Shown here: piece by piece, positions 37,295 to 46,803 of the stretch
Layout: the number at the start of each line of letters is the position of its first letter
Numbering within the stretch: position 1 is the first letter of the stretch
Assembly (NCBI GenBank): GCA_964464735.1
Contig: CAYXKF010000002.1
Span: 3,833 to 67,832, forward strand
Reading direction: 5' to 3'
Source: an uncultured Candidatus Saccharibacteria bacterium
Lineage (GTDB): Bacteria > Patescibacteriota > Minisyncoccia > Phycocordibacterales > UBA1006
DNA: 64,000 bases
Program-made: the position numbers and the translations under genes
Notes under the pieces: generated by a model
What the model saw: the letters and a program-made list of their open reading frames with translations, nothing else
The model's database searches: none
What the model was told of the DNA's origin: nothing

Positions 37295-39214
37295 TTATTG
37301 AGTCATCATCTTTGCCTTTGACTTAGGACCAAAGACACCGTCGCCTACAAGGCCGTTCTTGGTTTGCCATTCGATCAAAGCAGACTTTGTCGCTTGTCCA
37401 AATGATCCGTCAGCTCCACCATGGGCAGTAATATTTGCCGCAGCTGCTGCTGAAACATGGGTTAGCAAGAAGTTTTGCAAAGCTTTAACATCCATTCCCT
37501 TTGCACCAAGCTTTAGAACAACTGCAGTAATTGCGCTAATTGCATTGCTTGTTGCAGGCATAACTACCGGAGTAGTTGGAGTTGTAGGAGTAGGTGTTAC
37601 CGGAGTAGCTGGCTTTGGCTTAGGCTTTGATGAACCACCACCGCTTGAGCTTCCACCACCTGAACCACCGCCGCCTGTGTGCTTAGCAACCGATGCAGTA
37701 ACTGCAACCTGTGCATCTGTTGCCGCAGTTCGGTCGGTAAAGGCTACTTGCTTGGTAGTGAATCCTGCTTTTTCAATGAACAATCGGGCATCAACGTCAG
37801 ATAGCAAGGTTGGGCAGTAATAGACTCCTGATGATCCGTCTTCGGTACATGTTGCACCAACCGAATCAGCCGCCGCACCAGTGTATACGCTAGCACCAGA
37901 CAATGCTGCGCTGTCGTATGCACGGGTAACTGTTGCCTTTACTGCGTAGGTAAGACCCTTTGCAGATGCAGTTGCTCCTGCCGCCGTTGCGGTAGTCTTA
38001 GCTGCGTTTGCACCAAGGTTAATGACTGTCTGTCCCGAAGCCGAAGTAGATACGTCAGAAAAACCAGTGTTGGTTGATGCTGAATTTTGGTATCCATCTT
38101 CATTAAGGACCAATGCTGCGTTTGATGCGGCAACTGCCCAGTATGCGTTTTCAGATGAAGTTACTGTTGCAGCAGTTCCGTTGTAAGTCTTAGTATCAAG
38201 ATCAGAAGCTGTAAAGCTTGTTCCTAATTCGTCCGCTACGGCAACTTTAAGCTGGAACAAAATACCTGACACCGTTATGTCGCCTTGAGCAGTCGTACCG
38301 TCAGTGCGGTCTGTAGTGTCACCTGTCGTGTTAGTAACGTATCCTGCCTTGGTAATCGAAACGTCGTTTGCAACGCCGTCTTGCGCTACTGGAACGGCAC
38401 AGTAGTAAATTCCAGTCGATCCACTTTCAGTACATGAAGTCGGGCCTGAACCTGCTGTAACGGTTGCGCCAGTTAGGGCGCCACTGTCACCTTCGCGAGT
38501 TGCAGTAACTTTTTGACCAAACACCAAACCTTTAGCAGTAACGCTTGAACCTGCAGCAACTGCGGTTGTTCGAGCAGCGTTTGCTCCTAAGGTAATCACA
38601 GTCTGCCCTGAAGCTGAAGTAGATACGTCAGAAAAACCAGTGTTTGTCGTACCCGAGTTCAGGTATCCTCCTTCGTTAAGCACCAACGCTGCGCTTGTAG
38701 CATTAGTTGCCCAGTACGCGTTGTTAGTTGCATTTAACGTAACTGCGCCACCGTTAAAGGTTGCAGTATCCAAACCTGATGCTGTAAATGACGAACCAAG
38801 CTCGTTTGCAACGACCACCTTAAGCTGGAACGGAATGTTGCTAACGGTATAAGTGTTTACGGTTTCATCCGCACCGGTGTTATAAGTGAATGCAGCAGTC
38901 GATGTTGTTGTAACATACCCTGTTGCAGTTACACGGATATCGACGGTTTCGCCGTTACCGCAGTTTGCTCCACCTGGAGGTGTTGCAGTCACCGAACCAC
39001 TAGTTGTTGTTCCAAGCGTGGTGTATGTACCGCCGGCACATTGGATTGCAACAGTTGACCCGTTTGGAACGTTGCCGTTATCGCTTTCGCGATGCGCAAC
39101 GATCGTCATGTCACCGTTTGCCGCAAACGCGCCGTGCGCGCCGACAAACAAAGAAACCAAAGCAGCAAGGACGGCAAAAAATGCCAGCTTGCTTTTATTA
39201 AAAGTAAGAACCAT
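37295..39214 (-). CDS. Secreted surface protein with tandem 191-aa repeat and C-terminal peptidoglycan-binding domain
   Basis: Signal peptide; FQLKV.VA.ELG.SFTAS repeat; G/S and P/T linker; LKLGAKGMDVKALQ..DGSFG..T..WQ..GL..DG.FGP. Confidence 0.85.
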   Translation of the reverse strand: MVLTFNKSKLAFFAVLAALVSLFVGAHGAFAANGDMTIVAHRESDNGNVPNGSTVAIQCAGGTYTTLGTTTSGSVTATPPGGANCGNGETVDIRVTATGYVTTTSTAAFTYNTGADETVNTYTVSNIPFQLKVVVANELGSSFTASGLDTATFNGGAVTLNATNNAYWATNATSAALVLNEGGYLNSGTTNTGFSDVSTSASGQTVITLGANAARTTAVAAGSSVTAKGLVFGQKVTATREGDSGALTGATVTAGSGPTSCTESGSTGIYYCAVPVAQDGVANDVSITKAGYVTNTTGDTTDRTDGTTAQGDITVSGILFQLKVAVADELGTSFTASDLDTKTYNGTAATVTSSENAYWAVAASNAALVLNEDGYQNSASTNTGFSDVSTSASGQTVINLGANAAKTTATAAGATASAKGLTYAVKATVTRAYDSAALSGASVYTGAAADSVGATCTEDGSSGVYYCPTLLSDVDARLFIEKAGFTTKQVAFTDRTAATDAQVAVTASVAKHTGGGGSGGGSSSGGGSSKPKPKPATPVTPTPTTPTTPVVMPATSNAISAITAVVLKLGAKGMDVKALQNFLLTHVSAAAAANITAHGGADGSFGQATKSALIEWQTKNGLVGDGVFGPKSKAKMMTQ

Positions 39215-39314
39215 ATAATAATAAAAAAAACTAATAAAAAATGTCGCGACTTTTACCATCGCCATTGTATGCTTTTACTTTTACATACACAATTTTTTTC
39301 TGGGGAAAACTAAC

Positions 39315-39347
39315 AAAAAATCTTCGCAGTAATGTGCGAAGATTTTT
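39315..39347. terminator. Terminator-like hairpin after the DUF3761 gene
   Basis: AAAAATCTTCGCA...TGCGAAGATTTTT. Confidence 0.7.
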
Positions 39348-39375
39348 ATTTATTAAAACTTTAAACGCCATTACC

Positions 39376-39391
39376 AAACGACATGTCGTTT
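39376..39391. promoter_or_regulatory. Perfect 16-bp palindrome, candidate operator
   Basis: AAACGACATGTCGTTT, made of two inverted TGTCGTTT half-sites. Confidence 0.5.
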
Positions 39392-39411
39392 TAATATTTA
39401 CATAGAATAAA

Positions 39412-39816
39412 TTATAGCCACCTATCTACCCCACCGTGATGCGAACAAGTACCTTGTCGACTGTGACTAAAACTGTAAGTTCCATCACGACACTCCGCAC
39501 TAGCGCCAGCAGGAACTGATGGTGCATATGCCGGCGAATGCACACGATTTCCATAGGTATTTGTATAATAGTTATTATTCGACAGAGGAACTGAGATAGG
39601 CTCTCTACGCGCAGAACTTGGCGCCGATACAGACGTTGATGTCACTCCACTCCGAATTTCTTGCGCCTGAGGAGTAGTCAAAACATTAGTCTTAGTTGTC
39701 GATACAGGTTGCGAACTTCTATCAAGTGCACTGACAACGAAAGCTACACCAAACATTACAATTGGAATAACAATCCAATTGCGCTCAATCCAATTATCTT
39801 TATTATCGTTTTGCAT
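39412..39816 (-). CDS. DUF3761-domain membrane protein
   Basis: YYTN..GN.VHSP..GASAECRDGTYSFS..RQGTCSHHGGV..W. Confidence 0.85.
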   Translation of the reverse strand: MQNDNKDNWIERNWIVIPIVMFGVAFVVSALDRSSQPVSTTKTNVLTTPQAQEIRSGVTSTSVSAPSSARREPISVPLSNNNYYTNTYGNRVHSPAYAPSVPAGASAECRDGTYSFSHSRQGTCSHHGGVDRWL

Positions 39817-40329
39817 ACATGAATATGTTAACTAGACCAGATAAATAAATAATGAAGAAGCTTAATAACTTAGGTAATTATAATGATAAACCTAAATGCA
39901 AAGGCTGAGTCCTTATAGACTCTATCTGCTATATAGCTGCAGCAAAGATATACTAGGCTATCAATATCGCAATCACAATCCATTTATACCACTACACCTT
40001 CTTATGGACTACGATTGTTTCGCAATTTTTATCCCAGATAGTTGCACCCTTCTTTTCAAGATCATTTTTGCTGAGCACATCCATGCCATATTCACAAATG
40101 GCACACCCATTCCATATCTCCAAGCCATACAGTAACGCTTCTTTCAAGCGTAATAACAGGATCCATATTCTTACCCTTCTTGCTTGCTAGTTACACGAAT
40201 GTTGAAAAGATACTTTCCTGGGGTTGCGCCAACCGAGGGGAGCTCATCAAAATTATACAGTTATATGTTCATGCTAATATTCACATATATGCAACCTGTT
40301 TAAAAGGGTTTGTCTTTACTATATAAAAT

Positions 40330-40357
40330 AAAAACCGCCCCTTTCGGGGCGGTTTTT
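40330..40357 (-). terminator. Strong terminator after the S-layer-like gene
   Basis: AAAAACCGCCCC-TTTC-GGGGCGGTTTTT. Confidence 0.9.
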
Positions 40358-40400
40358 ATAGAGATCCATGACAGATCTAACTCATCTAAATACCTAAATA

Positions 40401-42407
40401 TTAGGCAGCAAGAAGAGTGATAGAAGCAGTCTTGAATTCTGGTTCATCAGGTACAAGGTATGAAGTTGTACCGTTAGCGTCAGTTAACGCGTAACCGATG
40501 TTTTCAAGAGTAACTTGAGCTGATGAGTCAGCAGAAGCGGTTGCAATTACTTCAAGAGTAAATTCTGCAGTGTCGCCTTCGCGGATTTCCCAGCCGTTTG
40601 TTCCTTCATCGTAGTCTCCATCTGTAGCTGACAATGTTCCAACAGTGCTGTTAGAAGTAGAGTTGGTGATGCTGTAGCTTGTAGATGTAGTTGCGTATGT
40701 ACCGTCGTTATCTTCAACAGGTGTCGAGTTGTCAATAAAGACATCGTCACCGAATGCAGTAACTTCGAATACAATAATGAATGTACCCTGGTCGAATTCG
40801 CTCGCATCATCAGCTACGAATGTTCGTTCAGCTGACTTCTCGATACCAACAACAGAGATACCTACAGACGCGATAGTCTGAGTTTTAGCTGAAGCTGATC
40901 CATCAATAGTACCAATATCATCACCTGATTCAGCATCTTCTACATCGCTTGATGTAACGTTTGCTTCAGCAAGGACTGTTGCACCATTGTTGTAAACAGC
41001 TGTGCTGCCCTGTGACTTGAACTTGACCTTAACTTCAAATTCCATTTCTTCTCCGGCCTCAATTACGACTTCGTCGTCTTCAAGATCTTCGAATGTGAAT
41101 GTTGCAGTTTCAGTAGTTGCACAGTCTGAAAGACCAGTTGTACCACCGCATGAACCTACTTCGTAGTCACCATTGTAAGTAGTGCCGTCAACAACAAGTT
41201 CTACCTCGTCGATGATATCAGCACCTGTAGCTGTTCCAGCTGCAGCACCGTCAGTGAAAGTCAAAGTAATGTCCACTGGGAAGTCAGTTACCATGATGTC
41301 ACCACCATCCTCATCAGCTGATGCAGTGAAGACTGCTACGGTGTGAGTTGATGATGAGCTTGCCTTTACTTCTAGAGTTCCAGTTTCAGGGCTGTCATCG
41401 CTTTCGCTAACTTCGAATTCTGAGTCACCGCCAGCTTCTTCAATAGTGAATTCAGCTGTGTCAGATGAACCAGTTTCTTCTAGGAAGCCATCAGCATCTT
41501 CGTATCGGATACCGTCAGCGTCACCAAGTTCATTCTCGAATGAGATTGCCCATGATTCGCCGTCGTCAGCACCGTCAACTGATGATGCGACTTCTGCAAC
41601 AACCGTAACTTCTGCATCTTCATCCTCATCTACTTGCCAGTCAAGGCCAGAGAATCGGACTCGGTATACATCGTTAGTGTCGTTAAGTTCATCCCAGTCT
41701 GACTTTGAGTCAGTATCCATTGAGGCGATTTCGTCGCCGTCAACCATTAGAGAAACTGAGTCAAAGACGTTCCAAGGTCGGTCTTCGTCGTTTCCTCCAG
41801 CTGCTTCAAATACAACGTCAATGCGGTTAACAAGGACATCACCATCTTCTGCAGTGAATTCTAGGACACCAAGTTCAGCTTCTGACTGTCCTTCTTCAAG
41901 GTCAGTATCATCAGCGTCGCTTACGTCGATGTTTTCAATTGAGCCTTCACCTGAAAGACCAGTTGAAGAACCACCATTTGAACCACCTGTTGAAGGAGCA
42001 ATTGCGCAGCTAGCAAATGTAGGAGCAACCGGAGTTACCTGTACATAGCCAGTTGGGCAGTTACCTTGTGAAGGTGTTGAAGGCATTGTTGCCAATGCGC
42101 TAGTAAGTGCAGCAGCAGTAGCTGGGCCGGCTGAACCGTCAACAGCTAGTGCATGTGTTGATTGGAACCATTTAACTGCAGCCGTGGTCATAGGACCAAA
42201 CGAGCCGTCAGTTGAAAGTGCAGGAGTGTAACCTGCTTGATTAAGTGCAGTTTGAAGGGCAGAAACAGCAGCGCTCTTCTGACCAGCCTTAAGCACGTAA
42301 CCAGGGTAAGTGTAAGTAGCAGCGTTAGCAGCGAAGGCAAAGCCCAAAACTGCAGCTGAAGCTACAAGCACTACAACCGCTTTAGTTAAAGTGTTTGTTA
42401 AATTCAT
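40401..42407 (-). CDS. Acidic S-layer-like surface protein with N-terminal peptidoglycan-binding domain
   Basis: Signal peptide; LQTALN..DGSFGPMT.AAVKWFQ..LAVDG.AGP; very D/E/T-rich beta-strand body; codon usage resembles ribosomal genes by eye. Confidence 0.8.
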   Translation of the reverse strand: MNLTNTLTKAVVVLVASAAVLGFAFAANAATYTYPGYVLKAGQKSAAVSALQTALNQAGYTPALSTDGSFGPMTTAAVKWFQSTHALAVDGSAGPATAAALTSALATMPSTPSQGNCPTGYVQVTPVAPTFASCAIAPSTGGSNGGSSTGLSGEGSIENIDVSDADDTDLEEGQSEAELGVLEFTAEDGDVLVNRIDVVFEAAGGNDEDRPWNVFDSVSLMVDGDEIASMDTDSKSDWDELNDTNDVYRVRFSGLDWQVDEDEDAEVTVVAEVASSVDGADDGESWAISFENELGDADGIRYEDADGFLEETGSSDTAEFTIEEAGGDSEFEVSESDDSPETGTLEVKASSSSTHTVAVFTASADEDGGDIMVTDFPVDITLTFTDGAAAGTATGADIIDEVELVVDGTTYNGDYEVGSCGGTTGLSDCATTETATFTFEDLEDDEVVIEAGEEMEFEVKVKFKSQGSTAVYNNGATVLAEANVTSSDVEDAESGDDIGTIDGSASAKTQTIASVGISVVGIEKSAERTFVADDASEFDQGTFIIVFEVTAFGDDVFIDNSTPVEDNDGTYATTSTSYSITNSTSNSTVGTLSATDGDYDEGTNGWEIREGDTAEFTLEVIATASADSSAQVTLENIGYALTDANGTTSYLVPDEPEFKTASITLLAA

Positions 42408-42429
42408 AACAATTGTTATCAATGCAATG

Positions 42430-42850
42430 TCACCGTTTTATGTGTATGCATAATTACGCGTAAATTTATAATGTGCATACAAACGGCTTATTGCGTCCTC
42501 TCACACGTTCATGATTGTGACGAGCAATCATTATTGTCGAACGTGCTCGACCAAAGCGCGCAACTTTTTAGGTTATGCGATCAGGCCGAGCTCGTTAAAA
42601 CATCGTGTAAGAATTCTTATAATTTTTTGTCCGCCATTTTCATGACGAGACGTGATAAGATTTCTTCACTATTTGATTTACAATGATCAGGATTACAACC
42701 AAAACAGAACCTTTTTCGGAACTGCCGGTCATTGTAGCATCCTCTAAAAAAGAGTGCAACCATAAAGCGAATAACCGCTTACGACCGGCGTCTACTTGTT
42801 ATTGACGGCACACTGGTAAAAATCTTACACGCGCCAAAATACGCGGGCAT
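42430..42850 (-). ncRNA. Long structured 5' leader or ncRNA upstream of the S-layer-like gene
   Basis: At least 7 complementary stem pairs; TTGAAT..TATAGT/TAGTAT promoter-like site at about 42851-42880; no credible ORF. Confidence 0.55.
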
Positions 42851-42879
42851 ATACTATATATTGTATGTTTTGGAATTCA

Positions 42880-43772
42880 AAAAGACACTAGTTTAGGCGA
42901 TGCGGACGATGCGGTATGTACTCCACCGCTTGTTCCCCTCTCGGACGATTTGTCCTTTTTGGATAAGATCCATTAAATCGCGCTGGATGGTCTTTTCACT
43001 CACTCCTTTAATTTCGGACACAATGTCGGTTATATTGATAGAATGCTTTTTTTGCATCAACGAAAGTATGCTTTGTTGGCGATCACTTGCAGGTCGTGCA
43101 ACTGAAACATTAAACGACATTGTTGGATTTTTTACGGATTGGATGTCTTTTTGAATAGGCGCAGCTTCGGGATTCCTTGTAGGTGTTTTAGGCAGCGACA
43201 TGTCGTTTTGAGAAACTGACTGCAGTGGCTTTTGAGGCGCAGCTGGCGGCACCGAGTTTACTTTTGCCGGTTTGGTTTCAAGAAGCACTTTAGGAAGTGA
43301 AAAATACGCAACGTGATCGGGTACATACGGAGCACTTTCTGACTGCATAGTATGCAGCGCATATTGGGTAACTGTAGTGCGCATGTCAACAAGGGTTTGT
43401 ACCAATACCGCGCGGTTCATCATGGTAATGTAACCAACCAGCGAAGCCGTTTCGATTTGAGCAATAAGCTTATCGACATAAACGACAGACTGCATAAAAA
43501 TCTTACCACACGAAAGCGGATCAATAATGTCTTTTACAAACAGCAAATCAAACAAATCGGTCGATGTCTTTTTAACCCCATAGTGCATTGGATCTTCGAC
43601 AGGAATAAACTTGGCAACCATATAAATGGCGCTTTGGATTTTCTTTGTCTTTTCGGCAATATTCTGCAGTATGTCGTTTTGCGTAATGTCCCTTAAAGGC
43701 TTTTCAAACGAAAAAAGAGTGTCGTTTACCTGGGCATCTTTTGGTTGGGTCGGGGCGACAAAGTTGTCGTTT
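42880..43772. repeat. Dispersed array of 12 TGTCNTTT octamers
   Basis: Starts at 42880(rc), 42951, 43112(rc), 43144, 43201, 43480(rc), 43528, 43565, 43646, 43672, 43720, 43765. Confidence 0.75.
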
Positions 43773-43777
43773 TCCAT
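42893..43777 (-). CDS. Helical-bundle N-domain plus C-terminal DeoR-type winged-helix DNA-binding protein
   Basis: C-terminal RQQSILSLM..INITDI..VSEKTIQRDLMDLI.KG.I.REGNKRWSTY; N-terminal KTKKIQSAIYMV.KFIP..DPM resembling four-helix-bundle proteins. Confidence 0.78.
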   Translation of the reverse strand: MENDNFVAPTQPKDAQVNDTLFSFEKPLRDITQNDILQNIAEKTKKIQSAIYMVAKFIPVEDPMHYGVKKTSTDLFDLLFVKDIIDPLSCGKIFMQSVVYVDKLIAQIETASLVGYITMMNRAVLVQTLVDMRTTVTQYALHTMQSESAPYVPDHVAYFSLPKVLLETKPAKVNSVPPAAPQKPLQSVSQNDMSLPKTPTRNPEAAPIQKDIQSVKNPTMSFNVSVARPASDRQQSILSLMQKKHSINITDIVSEIKGVSEKTIQRDLMDLIQKGQIVREGNKRWSTYRIVRIA

Positions 43778-44114
43778 ATAGGGTTGAGTATAGTCATGAC
43801 GTTTATTTTTGCAAGAGTCGTTTATATTCTATTTCACATCCTTTACCCAGACTTAAGGTATTTAATACCACTTTTTGCCTTGCCCATTTTGAAGACACAA
43901 GTCCTCACTATTCATTATTCGCTTAAGCGAATCACGAGAAAGGCTCTACGCTCGGTCGGGCTAAAGCCCGCCCTGCGCGAGTCTTTAAAAGGGCAAAGGC
44001 GGGATAATTTTCAGAGATTATAAACTTTGTTTTTTTGGTAAATTTTTATGCATCATCATGTTATGAATTAGACACATTGGTGTGGTACAATAGCCCTCAT
44101 AACACCAAAAAATC

Positions 44115-46334
44115 ATGGATGACATCAAAAAGAAAAAAATCAAAATCGTGCACCGCGATGACGCCGTCGAAGTGATTGTTCATCGCCGCACGCAAGACAT
44201 TATTGTCGGCATTATTTTATTATTCATAACGCTTGGATTCGCATTAGGCGCCGCCGGACAAGCCGGCGCGTTCGGTTCGTTTTTATATCACCGCGTTGCC
44301 GAAACCTTGCTTGGGTTCGCCGCAATATTACTTCCGCTAGGCTCGCTTGGATTGGGCATCTTTTTTTTAAGAAAAGAAAAACAAATTCCTGCAGGCAAGA
44401 TCGCCATGATGGGAGTCTTTGGATTGGCAACTGTAACCATGTTGGCAATCGCGTTCCCCGCGCATCAATTTAGCGTATCAGCCGGAGGAGGCGGAATCAT
44501 CGGTGCGTTCTTAAGCGCACCGCTGGTGAATTTTTTTGGCTTATACTTGGCGATCATATTGATCATTTTAATTTTGATCGGGTCGTTCGGATTGATGTTC
44601 TTGCGCCACGACATTCCTACCTTATTAGCCAACCTGTTAAGTGCAATCAAAAATATCGGCAAAAAGCACGCACGTATCGAAGCGGTTGAAGAAGACGGGA
44701 ACGAAGAAGTGGCAGAAGAAAAGCCTGAGCCTAAAAAAGCCGCAAAAGTGTCCGCTGCCGAAGAATCAACCGAAAGCGACGAACTGACCATCAACAGCTT
44801 TGATGCCAAAAAGAAAACTGCCGGCAAAAAGCCAGTTAATTTTGGCAGCGCAGCGCTTCCTCCCCTTTCACTTTTGGTGCAAACCCAAGAGAAACCCGAA
44901 TTCGGCGACATTAAGGCAACAGCAAACTTGATTCAGCGCACACTGTCGAATTTTGGTATTAACGTCGACATGGACGAAGTATCAGTTGGCCCAACCGTTA
45001 CGCGCTATGCGCTGAAGCCTGCCGAAGGCGTAAAACTTTCGCGCATCGAAGCGCTTGAGCAAGACCTGGCCTTGGCACTTGCCGCCCATCCGCTACGCAT
45101 CGAAGCGCCGATTCCAGGACGCAGCTTGGTTGGTATTGAAGTTCCCAATAAAGGAAAGGCAACAATTCGCATCGCTTCCCTCTTATCTGATGAAGGCTTT
45201 GCAAACCCTAAATTCCAGCTTCCGGTTGCATTAGGTAAAGGCGTTACCGGTAAGTCGCATTTTGCCAATATAGCCAAGATGCCTCACCTTTTGATTGCGG
45301 GCGCAACCGGTTCGGGTAAATCGGTTACGGTGCACAACATGATTATCTCGTTACTGTATAAGCATACGCCAGAAAGCCTGCGATTTATCTTTGTCGACCC
45401 AAAACGTGTCGAGCTTACCTTGTACGACAAGATTCCCCACCTCCTGACTCCGGTTATCAAAGATCCTAAAAAAGCAATTTTGGCACTACGCTGGGCAGGA
45501 AAAGAGATGGAACGTCGCTATGACATACTTGAACACAATGCAGTGCGCGACATTCATTCATATAACGAAAAGATCGTTAAGCCAGCATACGAAACCGCGC
45601 CAAAAGATATCGATGAATCAACCCTGCCCGAAAAGCTTCCTTATATTGTGGTCATTATCGACGAATTGGCCGACATCATGCAGGCGTATCCGCGCGAACT
45701 TGAAGCTGCGATTGTACGCTTGGCACAAATGTCTCGCGCCGTTGGTATTCACCTTATTCTTAGTACCCAGCGCCCTTCGGTAAACGTTATTACCGGACTT
45801 ATTAAGGCAAACATCCCTGCCCGATTAGCACTGCAAGTATCGTCGCAAATTGACTCGCGCACCATTTTGGACGCAACCGGCGCCGAGTCCCTTTTGGGAG
45901 CCGGCGACATGCTCTACATTGACGGTGAAATGGCCAAGCCGACCCGCATTCAATGTGCATTTATTTCGGAAGATGAAGTAAAAAAGGTAGTGCAGTATCT
46001 GCGCAAAAATACCGAAGAAGTGTACGACGAACTTGATTTGGGTGATGGCCCCGCAACGGCCGATAAAACTATTTTTGAAGTCGGCTTGGGCGGCGATGCC
46101 GACGATGACATGTACGAAGAAGCAAAGCGCGTCGTGATCGAGGCCGGCAAGGCATCCACCAGCTACATTCAGCGAAAATTGCGTGTCGGATACTCGCGTG
46201 CAGCACGCCTCATGGATTTGCTTGAAGAAAAAGGTGTCATCGGCCCCGCCGATGGCGCAAAACCGCGCGAAGTATTAGTTGCCGGCGCGGCAAAGCCATC
46301 AAACGAGCCCGAAACAGAAGAAACCAATGAGTAG
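44115..46334 (+). CDS. ftsK: DNA translocase FtsK/SpoIIIE
   Basis: 4-TM N-terminus; MPHLLIAGATGSGKS, IIDELAD and TQRPS; gamma domain ASTSYIQRKLRVGYSRAAR. Confidence 0.97.
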   Translation: MDDIKKKKIKIVHRDDAVEVIVHRRTQDIIVGIILLFITLGFALGAAGQAGAFGSFLYHRVAETLLGFAAILLPLGSLGLGIFFLRKEKQIPAGKIAMMGVFGLATVTMLAIAFPAHQFSVSAGGGGIIGAFLSAPLVNFFGLYLAIILIILILIGSFGLMFLRHDIPTLLANLLSAIKNIGKKHARIEAVEEDGNEEVAEEKPEPKKAAKVSAAEESTESDELTINSFDAKKKTAGKKPVNFGSAALPPLSLLVQTQEKPEFGDIKATANLIQRTLSNFGINVDMDEVSVGPTVTRYALKPAEGVKLSRIEALEQDLALALAAHPLRIEAPIPGRSLVGIEVPNKGKATIRIASLLSDEGFANPKFQLPVALGKGVTGKSHFANIAKMPHLLIAGATGSGKSVTVHNMIISLLYKHTPESLRFIFVDPKRVELTLYDKIPHLLTPVIKDPKKAILALRWAGKEMERRYDILEHNAVRDIHSYNEKIVKPAYETAPKDIDESTLPEKLPYIVVIIDELADIMQAYPRELEAAIVRLAQMSRAVGIHLILSTQRPSVNVITGLIKANIPARLALQVSSQIDSRTILDATGAESLLGAGDMLYIDGEMAKPTRIQCAFISEDEVKKVVQYLRKNTEEVYDELDLGDGPATADKTIFEVGLGGDADDDMYEEAKRVVIEAGKASTSYIQRKLRVGYSRAARLMDLLEEKGVIGPADGAKPREVLVAGAAKPSNEPETEETNE

Positions 46335-46776
46335 CACCTTCCCCATCGCCAAATATATTATTGCCACGGTAATCGTCATTGCGTTTGGATACGCGCTGTT
46401 TGCAACACATACGTTGTGGCGTGGACCGGTATTTGTATATTTGCTTCCGCGCGACAAAACGGTAACTGATGAAAAAACCACCACAGTCGAAGGCCATGCG
46501 CGGCGCGCGCAAACGATCACGATTAACGGCTATACAGTTACCCAAGATCTTGAAGGTTATTTTGCCGAAGAATTTGCGCTACTGGACGGTGAAAACCGCT
46601 TTACCGTAACGCTTACTGACAAGTTTAACCACATCAAAACTCGCGAAATACGGGTTATTAAACAAAAGGAGCCTGAGCCTGAAATGACAGTGCCCGAGCC
46701 GACAGAAACCCTTGCACCACAAGCAGAAAACAAGGTTTTGGGAGTTAGCGACGACACTTTAAATGTGGTACGATAA
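46327..46776 (+). CDS. Membrane-anchored Ig-like hypothetical protein
   Basis: N-terminal TM; VEG..ITING..G.F...LLDGEN.F.V..TDKF. Confidence 0.7.
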   Translation: MSSTFPIAKYIIATVIVIAFGYALFATHTLWRGPVFVYLLPRDKTVTDEKTTTVEGHARRAQTITINGYTVTQDLEGYFAEEFALLDGENRFTVTLTDKFNHIKTREIRVIKQKEPEPEMTVPEPTETLAPQAENKVLGVSDDTLNVVR

Positions 46777-46803
46777 GATATTATCCGTAATTTAAGAACA
46801 TGT

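Noticed and set aside
39850-40320. Gene or pseudogene in the 470-bp gap between the DUF3761 and S-layer-like genes
   Set aside because: Only short ORFs without recognisable motifs on either strand; left unannotated.
43400-43777. DGR accessory (Avd) gene / diversity-generating retroelement
   Set aside because: The helical N-domain is only loosely similar; there is no reverse transcriptase and no TR/VR pair with adenine-specific mismatches in the window.
27082-46334. UGA-to-Gly recoding (code 25) as in some CPR lineages
   Set aside because: Conserved genes are full length under code 11, and TGA ends genes such as ftsK, gap and the deaminase at expected positions.
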